Source: Podarcis vaucheri
Taxonomy: Eukaryota
Strand: one strand, 5' to 3'
DNA: 64,000 nucleotides
Assembly (NCBI GenBank): GCA_965113315.1
Contig: OZ220364.1
Part shown: one piece after another, positions 38,545-49,336 of the stretch
Layout: every line of letters starts with the position of its first letter
Position numbering within the stretch: the first letter of the stretch is position 1
Program-made: the position numbers and the translations under genes
The notes under the pieces: generated by a model
The model's database searches: none
What the model saw: only the letters and a program-made list of their open reading frames with translations
Told to the model about the DNA's origin: nothing

Positions 38545-38930
38545 ACCTCTGTTTTTCATAGGTCCTTGCTGTCACCATACAATCCAGCACATAGGTATCA
38601 AATGGAGGCCAGGGAACCTCCTCCAGTGGTAGAGCAGGGTGGAGAGGTAGAGGAGATTCCAGGTGGCAAAGGAACAGGCTGCAATACCTAGTGGCTTGGG
38701 AGGGTGATCCTGCAGCTGAGAACTCATGGGAACCGGCAGAGAATATCCAGGCGCCGGAGTTACAAGAGGAATTTCATGCGCGATACTCCCACAAACCCAA
38801 ACCCCACAATTGGCAACTCAAGGAGATATTTGCGGAGACTGATGAGGAAGAGGAAGGCTTTTTGGGGTTTCAATCCTCAGAAGAAAGCAAGAGCAACACA
38901 GATGGGGGGGTCTTAGAAGGGTGTGTGTGA
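38545..38930 (+). mobile_element. Gypsy chromovirus integrase C-terminus (chromodomain), pseudogenised
   Basis: VFHRSLL motif at ~38550, then EVEEI / RLQYLVAWEGDPAAENSWEPAENIQAPELQEEFHARY (chromodomain), then a purine-rich tract before the LTR. Confidence 0.88.
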
Positions 38931-40048
38931 TGTCATGGGACTGCCAGAGAATGCTGGGGAGGAGCAGGAACAGGAAGAGGGAGATGAGCAGGAAGTGGCG
39001 ATTGAGGAAAGAGGGGAGAGCCAGGAGGCGGAAGGGCTCTCAGAGGCTGAAGCAGAGCCCCAGCGCCACACAGGATGTTCTGGCACCGATAGTGAGGCAA
39101 TGCCTGATCCATCTGCCAAGGAGAGGAGAGAGTTAAAGAGGAGGGGGGAGAGGCATCACATGAAGCTTCCCCGCCTTTTCTGTTGGAGGAGAAGCCAGCG
39201 GAGGCCACTCCCAGAATCTGAACTGGAGGATTCAGATGTATGATTGTAATGCGCTGCCTGTACATATGTAAAATAAAGAACTGTCTACCGTATTTTTCGC
39301 CCCATAGGACACACCGGTCCATAGGATGCATCAAGTTTTTTGGGGGGGAAATAAAGGGGAAAAAATTTATTTCCCCCCCAGGCGCTTGTGGGGCAGGCAG
39401 CGGGGAGAAGCGCTCTTCTCCCCGTCTCCCACCTTCAGATCAGGTCCGGGGACAGCGGGGAAACGCGCTGCGTCTCCCAGCTGTCCCTGGAGCTTGTGGG
39501 GCAGGCAGCAGGGAGAAGCGCTCTTCTCCCCGCCGCCCGCCTTGAGATCAGGTCCGGGGACAGCAGGGAGTCGTGCTGCGTCTCCCTGCTGTCCCCGGAG
39601 TGGTGGGGCAGGCAGCAGGGAGAAGCGCTCTTCTCCCCGCTGCCCGCCTTGAGATCAAGTCCGGGGACAGCAGGGAGTCGCGCTGCGTCTCCCTGCTGTC
39701 CCCGGAGTGGTGGGGCAGGCAGCGGGGAGAAGCGCTCTTCTCCCCGCCGTCAGCCTCCAAACCACTTCGGGAGACAGCGGGATGGCGGCGTTCCGCCTCC
39801 CTCTGTCCCCCGATCTTGTGGGGCTGGCGCTGGGGCTCTCCTGAAGCCTGGAGAGCGAGAGGGGTCGGTGCGCACCAACCCCTCTCGCTCTCCAGGCTTC
39901 AGTGAAAGCCTGCATTCACCCCATAGGACGCACCCACATTTCCCCTTCATTTTTGGAGGGGAAAAAGTGCGTCCTATAGGGCGAAAAATACAGTATATCT
40001 CTGAGTGAGCAGAGGTGCTTGTTGCGAAGAGCATACCAAGCCATCACA
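38926..40048 (+). mobile_element. 3' LTR of the Gypsy element, interrupted by a MITE
   Basis: TGTGATG...CATCACA terminal inverted ends, AATAAA at ~39272, and a MITE inserted at a TA (39286-39287). Confidence 0.75.
39288..39993. mobile_element. TcMar-Tc2-like MITE carrying a GC-rich ~107-bp tandem array
   Basis: TA|CCGTATTTTTCGCCCCATAGGAC...GTCCTATAGGGCGAAAAATACAG|TA. Units start at 39388, 39496, 39603 and 39710. Confidence 0.9.
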
Positions 40049-41109
40049 CTATCCCAACAACTTTAAGGAAACTTGGAACTGGCTAGGTCCAAAGAACTCT
40101 AGAATATAGTTATTTGCCTTTCTTCTGGGTCCTCTCATGCTAATTGACATTTTATGGTGGCAGGACCTGGGGAGAAGGAGGTCTAGAGTAATTAGCAGTG
40201 ATTTTTGGTAGGAAGGGGGCTGGGTTGCAGCAAAATATGACATTTTGTCGGGGGATGTATAAAGGAACAGTTTTCAGAGGGAAAAAAGGGAGTGAATCCA
40301 TTGAAAAAAATTACCTTTGTTGAAAAATCATGATCTCTCTCTTTGTTCTCTTGTCAGGAGAGGTGAAGGGGATTGTGCTGTGAATTGCAACCTTTAAAGC
40401 AGTTGCAACAGCCACTTTAGAGGAGGCAATCCATTCTGCAATTGGGAAAGCATGACCCTACTTCTCTCTTGGCAAGAGGAGGAGGGCCAAGCTACACATA
40501 CTCAGTCTCGACGACTGCCTTCTCTAAAGCGTCTGGTGGACTGCTATGCACAACATTACCCTCGGTCTCCTTTCAAGAGAGGAAGAAGAGAACAAATCCT
40601 TAAAGGATCTGTAGCAATGCAAAGTTTTTCAGTCCTGTTCATATAATCTGCAGGGACATATACAGAAAAATCCCATAATTACTTTTACACAAGAATGAGT
40701 CCCAAATTCAGTGTGATACCGGGGGGGGGGGGGCATTGAGATTAAAAGCTAGCCAAAAATGAAAACTCTACATCTGAGGCCAAAACAGCCATCGTTTTTC
40801 AGAAGAGCATGCGGTTTTTCTTCCAGATGCAGCAGGAGAAAGACAGATAAATTGCTTTACAACTGCGTTTTACATCTTCCAGACCAATCTCCTTCTTACA
40901 ATGTACGTTTTCATTTCTCCCTCACTTCCCAGCCTCAATCAATATGCCCGTCTCAGAGGTTTTTATTTTATATAAAATTACACTTGCTGAGCAGTCCTAT
41001 TTGCAAGACAAATATGAAGAGAAAAATCAACATTGACAGTGCAACAAAGCATTTACCACATTTTGGCCTCAGCTATAATGAAAAACAGGTGAGTAAATAA
41101 TCAGGGTAC

Positions 41110-41294
41110 CATAAAACGTCAGCTGGCCCCTGGCCACGTTCTTCCCTCTCACATTTTCAGCCACGCATTCGTACAGGCCAGCATCTTCCTGCTGAAAGTT
41201 TGGGATTTCAAGGATGCTGCTTGATTTGTGCCTCCGAGCTTTTTTTGGGATCTGTTTTCCATCGGCTCTTCTCCAGGTGATCGTAGGAACCGGG
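41110..41294 (-). CDS. CNTN4: Contactin-4 coding exon, 185 nt, C-terminal part of Ig3
   Basis: Lies within ORF 41069..41308. Translates (N)[61 protein letters not shown](A). Acceptor ataaacag|, donor G|gtaccc. Phase 2/1. Confidence 0.96.
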
Positions 41295-41461
41295 CTGTTT
41301 ATCAACAACAGAAGGGAGAAAATCCTGATGGTAAAGGCTGAATTCTTTTAATTGAGCTGCTATGAACAGACAAGTTCATTTTTATATATAACACATCATT
41401 GCAAATACAGCCACAAAATGACTAGCCCCCCCCAAAAAAAACCCATTTGTAGCAATAACTG

Positions 41462-42045
41462 TGTGATGGCCTGGGAATCTGATCCAGAGGCTGAACCTGA
41501 GGAATTCCCAGCCTGAACAGGAGTCCCCGCCTCCAGGGCCGGCTGAGCCGGGGCAGGGGCTTGAACCTGAAGGGCCCTCACCTGTGCCGGGTCCTCACGA
41601 GCAGACACCAACTGAATCCGCTCTGGCTCCGGAGGTGATCAAGGACCCATTGCCTACAGGTGCTCCTCTCCCAGCCCTGTCAGGGGAAGGTGAGGTTGCC
41701 TCTGGGTCCAGGAATCCTCCAGCCTCTCCTGAGCTGCAGAGGCTCAGGGCAGAGAGGTGGAGGGAACTAAGTTCTCGCAGGAGGAGTGCTCGCCTCCAGG
41801 CCAGGAGGGAAGAGTCACCTGTGGACTGGGGCCGCCCTATGCCTCAGAGGAGATAAAGGCCAGCCCTCCCAGTCCCAGGTTGTGGGAGCAACATCGTTGG
41901 TTACCTGTTCCTGCCGGCACCCTGTCCTTCTTTCTGCCAGAGTTCCTGACCACGCCCGACTCCCTGCCTTGGAACCCGCTTCAGCCTCGGACCGGACACG
42001 GACAACGCCACACGATACCCTCCCCCCCCCCCCGGGACCAGCACA
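41462..42045 (+). mobile_element. Solo LTR (Gypsy-type)
   Basis: TGTGATGG...CCAGCACA, flanked by a perfect 5-bp TSD AACTG (41457-41461 and 42046-42050). Confidence 0.9.
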
Positions 42046-42048
42046 AAC

Positions 42049-42373
42049 TGTCAGGAGCTCAGCCTACACTCGAGTAGGACCCTGGCAGAGACACATGCCC
42101 GACTGTTTGCGTAACAGAGCTCAGCAACTCAGCATTTTGGCTAACCTACTTTATTTACATATAAACACACACGGAGCACTGCAACATGGCTCCCTCTCTT
42201 TCTAGCATCAGACAGCAAAGAGAAAAAGAACCAAGGACAATAGTCCCACTTCACAGAACACAGTAACACAAACATTCTGTCTCCGCCACTTCCCACTCTG
42301 TGGAGTCAAAACATACACCGTCATGTTTAAGACAACAATCCCATGACTGCAATCATGGAGCAGGAATGTAAGA
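42049..42373 (-). mobile_element. Older solo LTR, opposite orientation
   Basis: Reverse strand T(C)TTACATTCC...AATAAA...CCTGACA. Organisation resembles the LTR at 60707. Confidence 0.55.
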
Positions 42374-43516
42374 GGGGCCCAGTGTTTTCAAAGCTTCCCA
42401 ACCTAATTACAGGAACCTCAGAAAAGGCTCACTTGGCACAGAAGCTCTGGAAGCCTAAGGAATGCCCTCGTGAGATCTCGTGGGACAATTCAGGTCTCTG
42501 CAAGATCTCACAGAAGCATCTGAGCAAGCAGGCATCTGCCCCCTCCTGTCCCAAGTCAGGTGGTGAGTTTAAAAGCCCCCTTTCCACTGGATAAGCCAAG
42601 TGGACCAAGCATGCAAAACTCTCTACCTTACTGACAGGGCAAGGACCACTCAGCATGCTGGCTCTTGAGAATGCTGAGGATGCTCTCTCTCCCCACAACC
42701 TGCTGGCCAAAGGGCAGCTCCAAGGGTTTGACCACACACAATTTTTGGGTATACATATTACTGTTGGAACACGCCCCCCCCCCCATAAGATGAGTGATTA
42801 CTGCATGCATTTATATGAACAGCCTTGCTGGATCAACACAAAGATCTGTCCACTGCATCTTGTTCAGCGGCCAGTTTGCTGTATCTAGATTTTCACAAGC
42901 AAAGGTATAAGGGTAATGGCCTACACAGTTTACTCACACCAGTGGATACTTGGGAGTCACAGATCAATTTACCAGAATTGTCCCCTGTGGTCCAAATCTA
43001 TACTACAGGTTGGTATAATGGCATTATGATACTTCCTTTATATTAAATACCTTCCCCACTATTTCCAACATTGAATTTTCCTTTTTCACTACTATAACAT
43101 GTTGACTTTCCACTGAATAACTCACAATGACATCAATTTTTTGTTTTCTAAGCAGCTGCAGCCAAAGTAGGTCTTATCAACTGATACATTAAGGTCCCCA
43201 CTTCCGCTGGTGGGGAAGTGGGGTTGTTCTGAGGTGCATCAGATTCATGCACCAAACGTCATCAGTAGCTGTCCAAGTGATCATAGTTCGAAGTAACAAT
43301 GTACATGTGTCTTTGCATAGCAAAACAAAATGAAAAGTCCACAGAGCATGACTGGTCAAACTGAGAAGGGCATGAATGAGCACTGAAAGCCAAGGGAGGC
43401 AACATCACAGTTAATGGAGGTTGTGCGAAGCAGAAAACCCACAATTTACTTGATTTTGCCCTAACAACCTGCAAACTGTTTTAGTACAGCAGAATGAGTG
43501 AATGACGAAAACTTAC

Positions 43517-43619
43517 TTTCCCAACGCAAAGCATTCCAGTCTCACAGTTGTTCCTTTCGCAGATGGAACCATTTCTGGGAACTGCACTTCTATTTTCGGC
43601 TCATATTCGCCCATCACTC
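43517..43619 (-). CDS. CNTN4: Contactin-4 coding exon, 103 nt, N-terminal part of Ig3
   Basis: Acceptor tgttcacag|, donor AA|gtaag. Translates (G)[33 protein letters not shown](N). Phase 1/2, in frame with both neighbours. Confidence 0.96.
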
Positions 43620-44753
43620 CTGTGAACATATAATGGATGCTAAATTGACTTGAATTCTGCATTACATATCCCCAAGTATGCCTGAGTTAACCCAGGGCAG
43701 TTTTGTACATCATTACGTGCCCAATTAATCTGTTCATTTCAAACAGGACCCTCGTCTCCAACAGCCACACACCGTGAGGCTCCCTTTCCCTATTTACTTC
43801 CAGAGGAAAATTTGTTTTGCAGCTCTCAGCCATCTGCCTAAGATTACATCTCATCATGGCTCTTTGCTTTTTCATTTTTCTGCATTCTTCTTGTGAAAGG
43901 AAAGTGCTAATAAAGTACAATCAATGCCTTTTGGAGAAAGTAATGCAGAGCAAACAACTCTTGATAAAGCACTGACAGCTAACCAAAGCTCCTATTAACT
44001 TTTAGGGTGCAATATCCTCTAAGGTGCTACAGCGGTTGTGTAGTTTGCTTAAATTTTACTGTGTTAGTAATTCGACCATTACATCAAAGCAGCTGTTTTA
44101 TTTTTTTTAAAAAAAATCATATTAAATAATGCACATAAAAAGTCATTCTGTTTATACTAAATCAACACTTTTCTTACAAACTGAGTAGCTTCCATAAACC
44201 ATTAAATACAGTCAAAAACATAAATATATATGGTATCATAATCCGATTCTTCTTTCTGAACATTCAGAAGCCCAGCTTCAATAAGACTACAGTACATATT
44301 TATGCACAGTAGAAGTTAGGGAAGCCTGTAGCTATAAGAAAGTAAGAGCTGCATGGGAATTAGATTCAGAATGACCACCTTTGGGAATGTAGTTCAGTGG
44401 TCAGCTGGATAGCCTCTGGCTACCTGTGCTTTGGGGTACGGTCTGCTATTTAGACAATGTGCTGCTACAGGTTTTGCCTAATTGCCCTCTCTTTGCTGGC
44501 TGACTGGCTCATAGTCCAGGTGGCAAGTTGATATTTCATCAATGGAAACTAATGACAGTAGAGGTAATATCGCTGGATTGCTCTCCTGCTGTTGAAATGA
44601 AATACCAAGTCAAGTTTGCAGGAGGCAATAGTCCTGCAGCTGAAGAACGGGGATAACTAAAAGAGGCAGAAACACACAGAGAGGGCTGACAGTTTCACAG
44701 ATGGGTGTTAGTAAGAAACTGGGCTGCAGAAGTCGCAACTCTCATGCGCTGTG

Positions 44754-45126
44754 CTTTAAAGCCCTAAACGGCCTCGGCCCAGTATACCTGAAGGAGCGTC
44801 TCCACCCCCATCGTTCTGCCCGGACGCTGAGGTCCAGCGCCGAGGGCCTTCTGGCGGTTCCCTCATTGCGAGAAGCAAAGCTACAGGGAACCAGGCAGAG
44901 GGCCTTCTCGGTAGTAGCGCCCGCCCTGTGGAACGCCCTCCCATCAGATGTCAATGAAATAAACAACTACCTGACATTCAGAAGACATCTTAAGGCAGCC
45001 CTATTCAGGGAAGTTTTCAATGTGTGACATTTTAGTGTATTTTTGGTCTCTGTGGAAGCCGCCCAGAGTGGCTGGGGAAACTCAGCCAGATGAGCGGGGT
45101 ACAAATAATAAATAATTATTATTATT
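44754..45126 (+). mobile_element. L2 LINE 3' fragment
   Basis: FKALNGLGPVYLKERL...RQRAFSVVAPALWNALP...FRRHLKAALFREVF, with a (TAA/TTA)n tail. Confidence 0.9.
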
Positions 45127-45694
45127 TGGGTATATTTGATTTCACAATGCTTTGCTTTGCTTTTATACACTAAATCATGGTTCCACATTCAGATACTTAT
45201 AGCTGTTTTTACTGTCCCTTCCTTGCTGTGTGCATAGAAAAGGGAGCACTCCACATCGAATCCCAAAGGCGCTATTACATGGCTTGTAGTTTTCTTCTTG
45301 TTCTACTGCCAGTACTTCTCCAACAATGATGGCAGTGATGGCGCCAACAGATTCCTACTGCTGCTACCACCGTGATTGACTATTGATAACAACAGCAAGC
45401 TAGATGCTCAGCTAAACAGACAATGGCATGATTCCCCAGGCAAGGAGGGGGACAAAAAGAGAACAGAAGCATCCAGCTAGTAACAGGTGAGAGAGTGACA
45501 TGAAACAAGCAAGTTTAAGGATTTGAAGGAAAAAAGGCATGGGGCATAATGAATGGGGAAGAGAAGAATTTGCTGTACCTTGTAGCCTCCTCTCATAATC
45601 TCAAATGATACATTTTCCAAGTAAGCATTCAGAGATTCTCATTAACTGTTGTGCGTAGACTCCTGTTGCTGCACACAATGATCCGTAGGCTATA

Positions 45695-45917
45695 CAGTGG
45701 TACCTCTAGATACAAACGGGATCCGTTCTGGAGCCCCGTTCGCATCTAGAAGCAAACATAATTAGCGACAGCACACCTGCGCGCATCGCTTTTCGCCGCG
45801 TCTGCGCATGCGCAAGCAGTGAAACCCGGAAGTAACGCCCTCTGTTACTTCCGGGTTGCCACGGAGTGCAACTTGAACGCGCTCAACCTGAAGCACATTC
45901 AACCCAAGGTATGACTG
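45695..45917. mobile_element. Tigger-like MITE
   Basis: TA|CAGTGGTACCTC...AAGGTATGACTG|TA. Confidence 0.8.
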
Positions 45918-47687
45918 TATCTGTATCTATAGACTATATCTGTAGGCAATCTTTAGTTGGGTATGGAAAGGAAATAGGGAATCCCTGATCCCCTCCTAAA
46001 ATAATACACAGAACATGAGCGGGGGTGTGGTGGGAAGTACCAGCTTCTCCTGAGCTTCCTTCTTCCCAAACATGGTTGGGATTGTTTATTTATGCGATTT
46101 GCATGTGCATAACTAGAAATGAGTGCACAAAATCTATGCAGCCATAGGTTTCATACCATGGGGCAGCCAATGTATCTAGGCCTTCGCTGGTTGAGGAAGG
46201 AAGATTTCACCTGCCTCAGGATCCCTTCTTTTCCTGGAACCTTGAGTAATTCGTATCAAGTATCCTGTGTTTAGTGGTGGACTTTGGGATCTTCAATTTC
46301 AGTGGTGCCCTATGTGATGCCAAAATTCAGTGGCCCCTCCGCCTCTCGCCTTCCATTATGCATTATAGTTGTGGTGCCCCGAAGGCTCTGCGCCCAGTGC
46401 GACCAAACCAGTTGTACTCCTCTAAATCCGCCTCTGCTGTGCTGCACTAGGGGAGACCGCTCCTAAGTTTTAGAACTGTCATAATTGCTAAATAGATTTC
46501 CTACAACTCTGATATATAAAGTGCAATATAGAGAGACCCCTTTTCCCTCAAACATCCAGATAAGGAAATGCTTTTATTATAAACACAGCTTTCTCAGAAG
46601 GAATGTGGGTTGATGTTGATATGCATGCTACTTTTACTGTCTATACAACTTCAACACAATAACAGGTTGCCTTTCCCCCCATTCACTTAGCTTCAAAGAC
46701 ACTCCTTCTGTACGATATAAAGTGCAGCTGCCACATAAAATCAGTCATCTAAACAAACTATGCTAAGGATACTTGTATGGATTGCATTCTAAACAGCCAG
46801 GGAACACCAGTCACTGTCAGTATCCTGTTTCTTTCAACATGCTTTCCAAAGGCAGCATATGTTTCTCCAAGCTTTTCAGCATTCATCATTTCAAAGTACC
46901 CCCCCCCCCAAAAAAGCAAGGGGAAAAAAACGCCAAACCAGTGCTGCAAGCAAAACATGTGATAGCCCAACACAGACTTAGACTCTAGGAGCCTGCAGAG
47001 AGAGTGCTAACAAACAGGCCACATGGTTGTGGAAATCTACAAAAAAATAAAAAAGAGAGCAAGAGATCAGATTATACACTGCAGTCTGCCTACTTGTCTA
47101 TTCTCCCCTCCTATCCGCACAGCAGAATTCATCATGTTATGAGAGTGCTGTGAGAATGTGAATGGTGAGACCTCAATGATCTCTACAAACTGGGCAAATG
47201 GACAGTATATAGTGAAATGCAAATTCAGTGCAAGCAAGCCTAAAGTCATGCGCACTAGGGCAAAAAAATAATTGCACATATATGTTCAGGGGTCTGAAGC
47301 GTGTGACCAGGAATGAGACCTTGGAGTTGTGAGTATTTCAATGAAGATGTTGACCTAGTAATCTGTGGAAAAAGTTAAATTCCATGTTGGGATATCATTA
47401 GGCTGAAAAGAAAACTGCCAATCTCTCTCAATTTTAGCGTAACAGAAAATATCCTAATGGCCACCCCCAGCAGCTTCATCTAGATATTGGCCTGTTTGCA
47501 AAGCATTTTGTGGATAAAATTGTTAATAATCACTGTTATTGCAAATGACTTTCCAGAGGTCTCCAGAACACCATCTAGACCTGTTGAGTTGGATGAATTT
47601 GAATTACCAGTAGTAAGGCTCTTGACTCTCATGACTGATAAAAACAAGCAGGGAGGGGATGTGCCAGTGAGGTGAGTGTTGTATAAT

Positions 47688-48080
47688 ATTAATAATAATA
47701 ATAATAATAACAATAACAATAACAATAATAATAATAATAATATGCCACCCATCTGATTGGGTTGCTGCAGCCACTCTGGGAGGCTTCCAACAAATTATAA
47801 AACCACAGCAAAGCATCAAACATTAAAAACTTCCCTAAACAGATGCCTTTTGAAAGTCAGATAGCTGTTTATTTCCTTGATATCTGATGGCATTCCATAG
47901 GGTGGGGGTGACTACCCATAAGGCCCTCTGCCTAGGTCCCTGTAACCTCACTTTTCGCAATGAGAGAACTACAGAAGGTCCTCAGAACTGGATCTCAGTG
48001 TCTGGGCTAAACGATGGGTATGGAGCCGCTCCTTCAGGTAGACAGGGCCAAAGCCATTTAGGACTTTAAAGGTCAGCACT
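47688..48080 (-). mobile_element. L2 LINE 3' fragment with (TTA)n tail
   Basis: Reverse complement of the 44754 family, more decayed. Confidence 0.8.
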
Positions 48081-49062
48081 GACACAGGTGCAGCAGTGGA
48101 TGTGCTAGGCTGGTGTATGGCAGGATGCGAGCCAGTAAACTGAACTTTAAACCAGGTAAGAGTGAGGCACTGTTAGCACAATCAGAAAGTGCTCCTTAAA
48201 ATCTATGTCCCCGCTTTAAAAACAAACAAAAAACCCAACTCTATTGATTACTATAGGGAGGTGTTTGTGGACTAATTGAAGAGTGTCTGAAAGTATAAGG
48301 GGCAGATTGTAAAAGTGAAGTCCAAACATAAAGACAATTCTTGCTAGGAAAGACAAGTGCATAGAGTATTTTTTTTAAAAAAAGAAAAAAGTTTATACCA
48401 CATAGATTGCCTTTTATATACTTCTCGTAACAATGAAATAAATACCATCTCTATAGAGGAGTTACAAACTGGCCTTATATTGATCCAGGGAACAAAGTCT
48501 ACTTTTACCATTGCTTGGCTGCCCCCATTTATATTCCCTGCAGAGAAAATGCTACCTGGTATTGAAAATGCTTGACCAATGGGTTAAGGAACATTTTCTG
48601 ATTGTGCCATACAATATAAAGAAACAGCCCAATTTAAGGAAACAAGAGAATAAACTATTGCTTTCAGGAAGCTCTAAAGTAACATCTGAAGATTTATATT
48701 TTAGGAGCCTTGAGAGGCAACTTAGAGTGCACAACAGTTTGTAGATGTCATGCCTTGCACAAAGGCTGAGGTGGGAACAGGTGAGAAGAGGGGGCACACA
48801 TTTAACAGAGCTACTGGCGTTTTACACAGCTTTCCACTGCTTCTTCTAGATGCCAAGTAGCTACTTTTCCAATATCCTTGAGGAAAATAACTAGGGGTGG
48901 CTTTCAAGTAAGTTTTGTTCAGAGAAGACCTACTGAAATTAATAAGTTTGACTAGTCAGGGTCATTAATTTTAATAGATGTAATCCAAGTAAAACTTAAT
49001 TGAATACCAAAATATCACCCTATCTATCCAAAATCCCTACAAACTCTTATGCCAACATTGTA

Positions 49063-49336
49063 CAGTGGTACCTCGGGTTAAGTACTTAATTCGTTCTGGA
49101 GGTCCGTTCTTAACCTGAAACTGTTCTTAACCTGAATCACCACTTTAGCTAATAGGGCCTCCTGCTGCTGCTGCCGCCGCGCCGCCAGAGAACGATTTCT
49201 GTTCTCATCCTGAAGCAAAGTTCTTAACCTGAGGTACTATTTCTGGGTTAGCAGAGTCTGTAACCTGAAGCATCTGTATCCTGAAGCGTCTGTAACCTGA
49301 AGCATCTGTAACCTGAAGGGTATGTAACCCAAGGTA
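49063..49336. mobile_element. Tigger-like MITE, same family as 31081
   Basis: TA|CAGTGGTACCTCGGGTTAAGTACTTAA... with 16-bp subterminal repeats. Right TIR eroded. Confidence 0.85.

Noticed and set aside
39240-40034. Cluster of overlapping ORFs up to 206 aa
   Set aside because: By-product of a GC-rich tandem array inside a MITE, open in many frames on both strands.
47556-47677. Plus-strand exon-like segment ending in AG|GTGAGT
   Set aside because: No recognisable product, weak acceptor and no partner exons. A non-coding antisense exon cannot be excluded.
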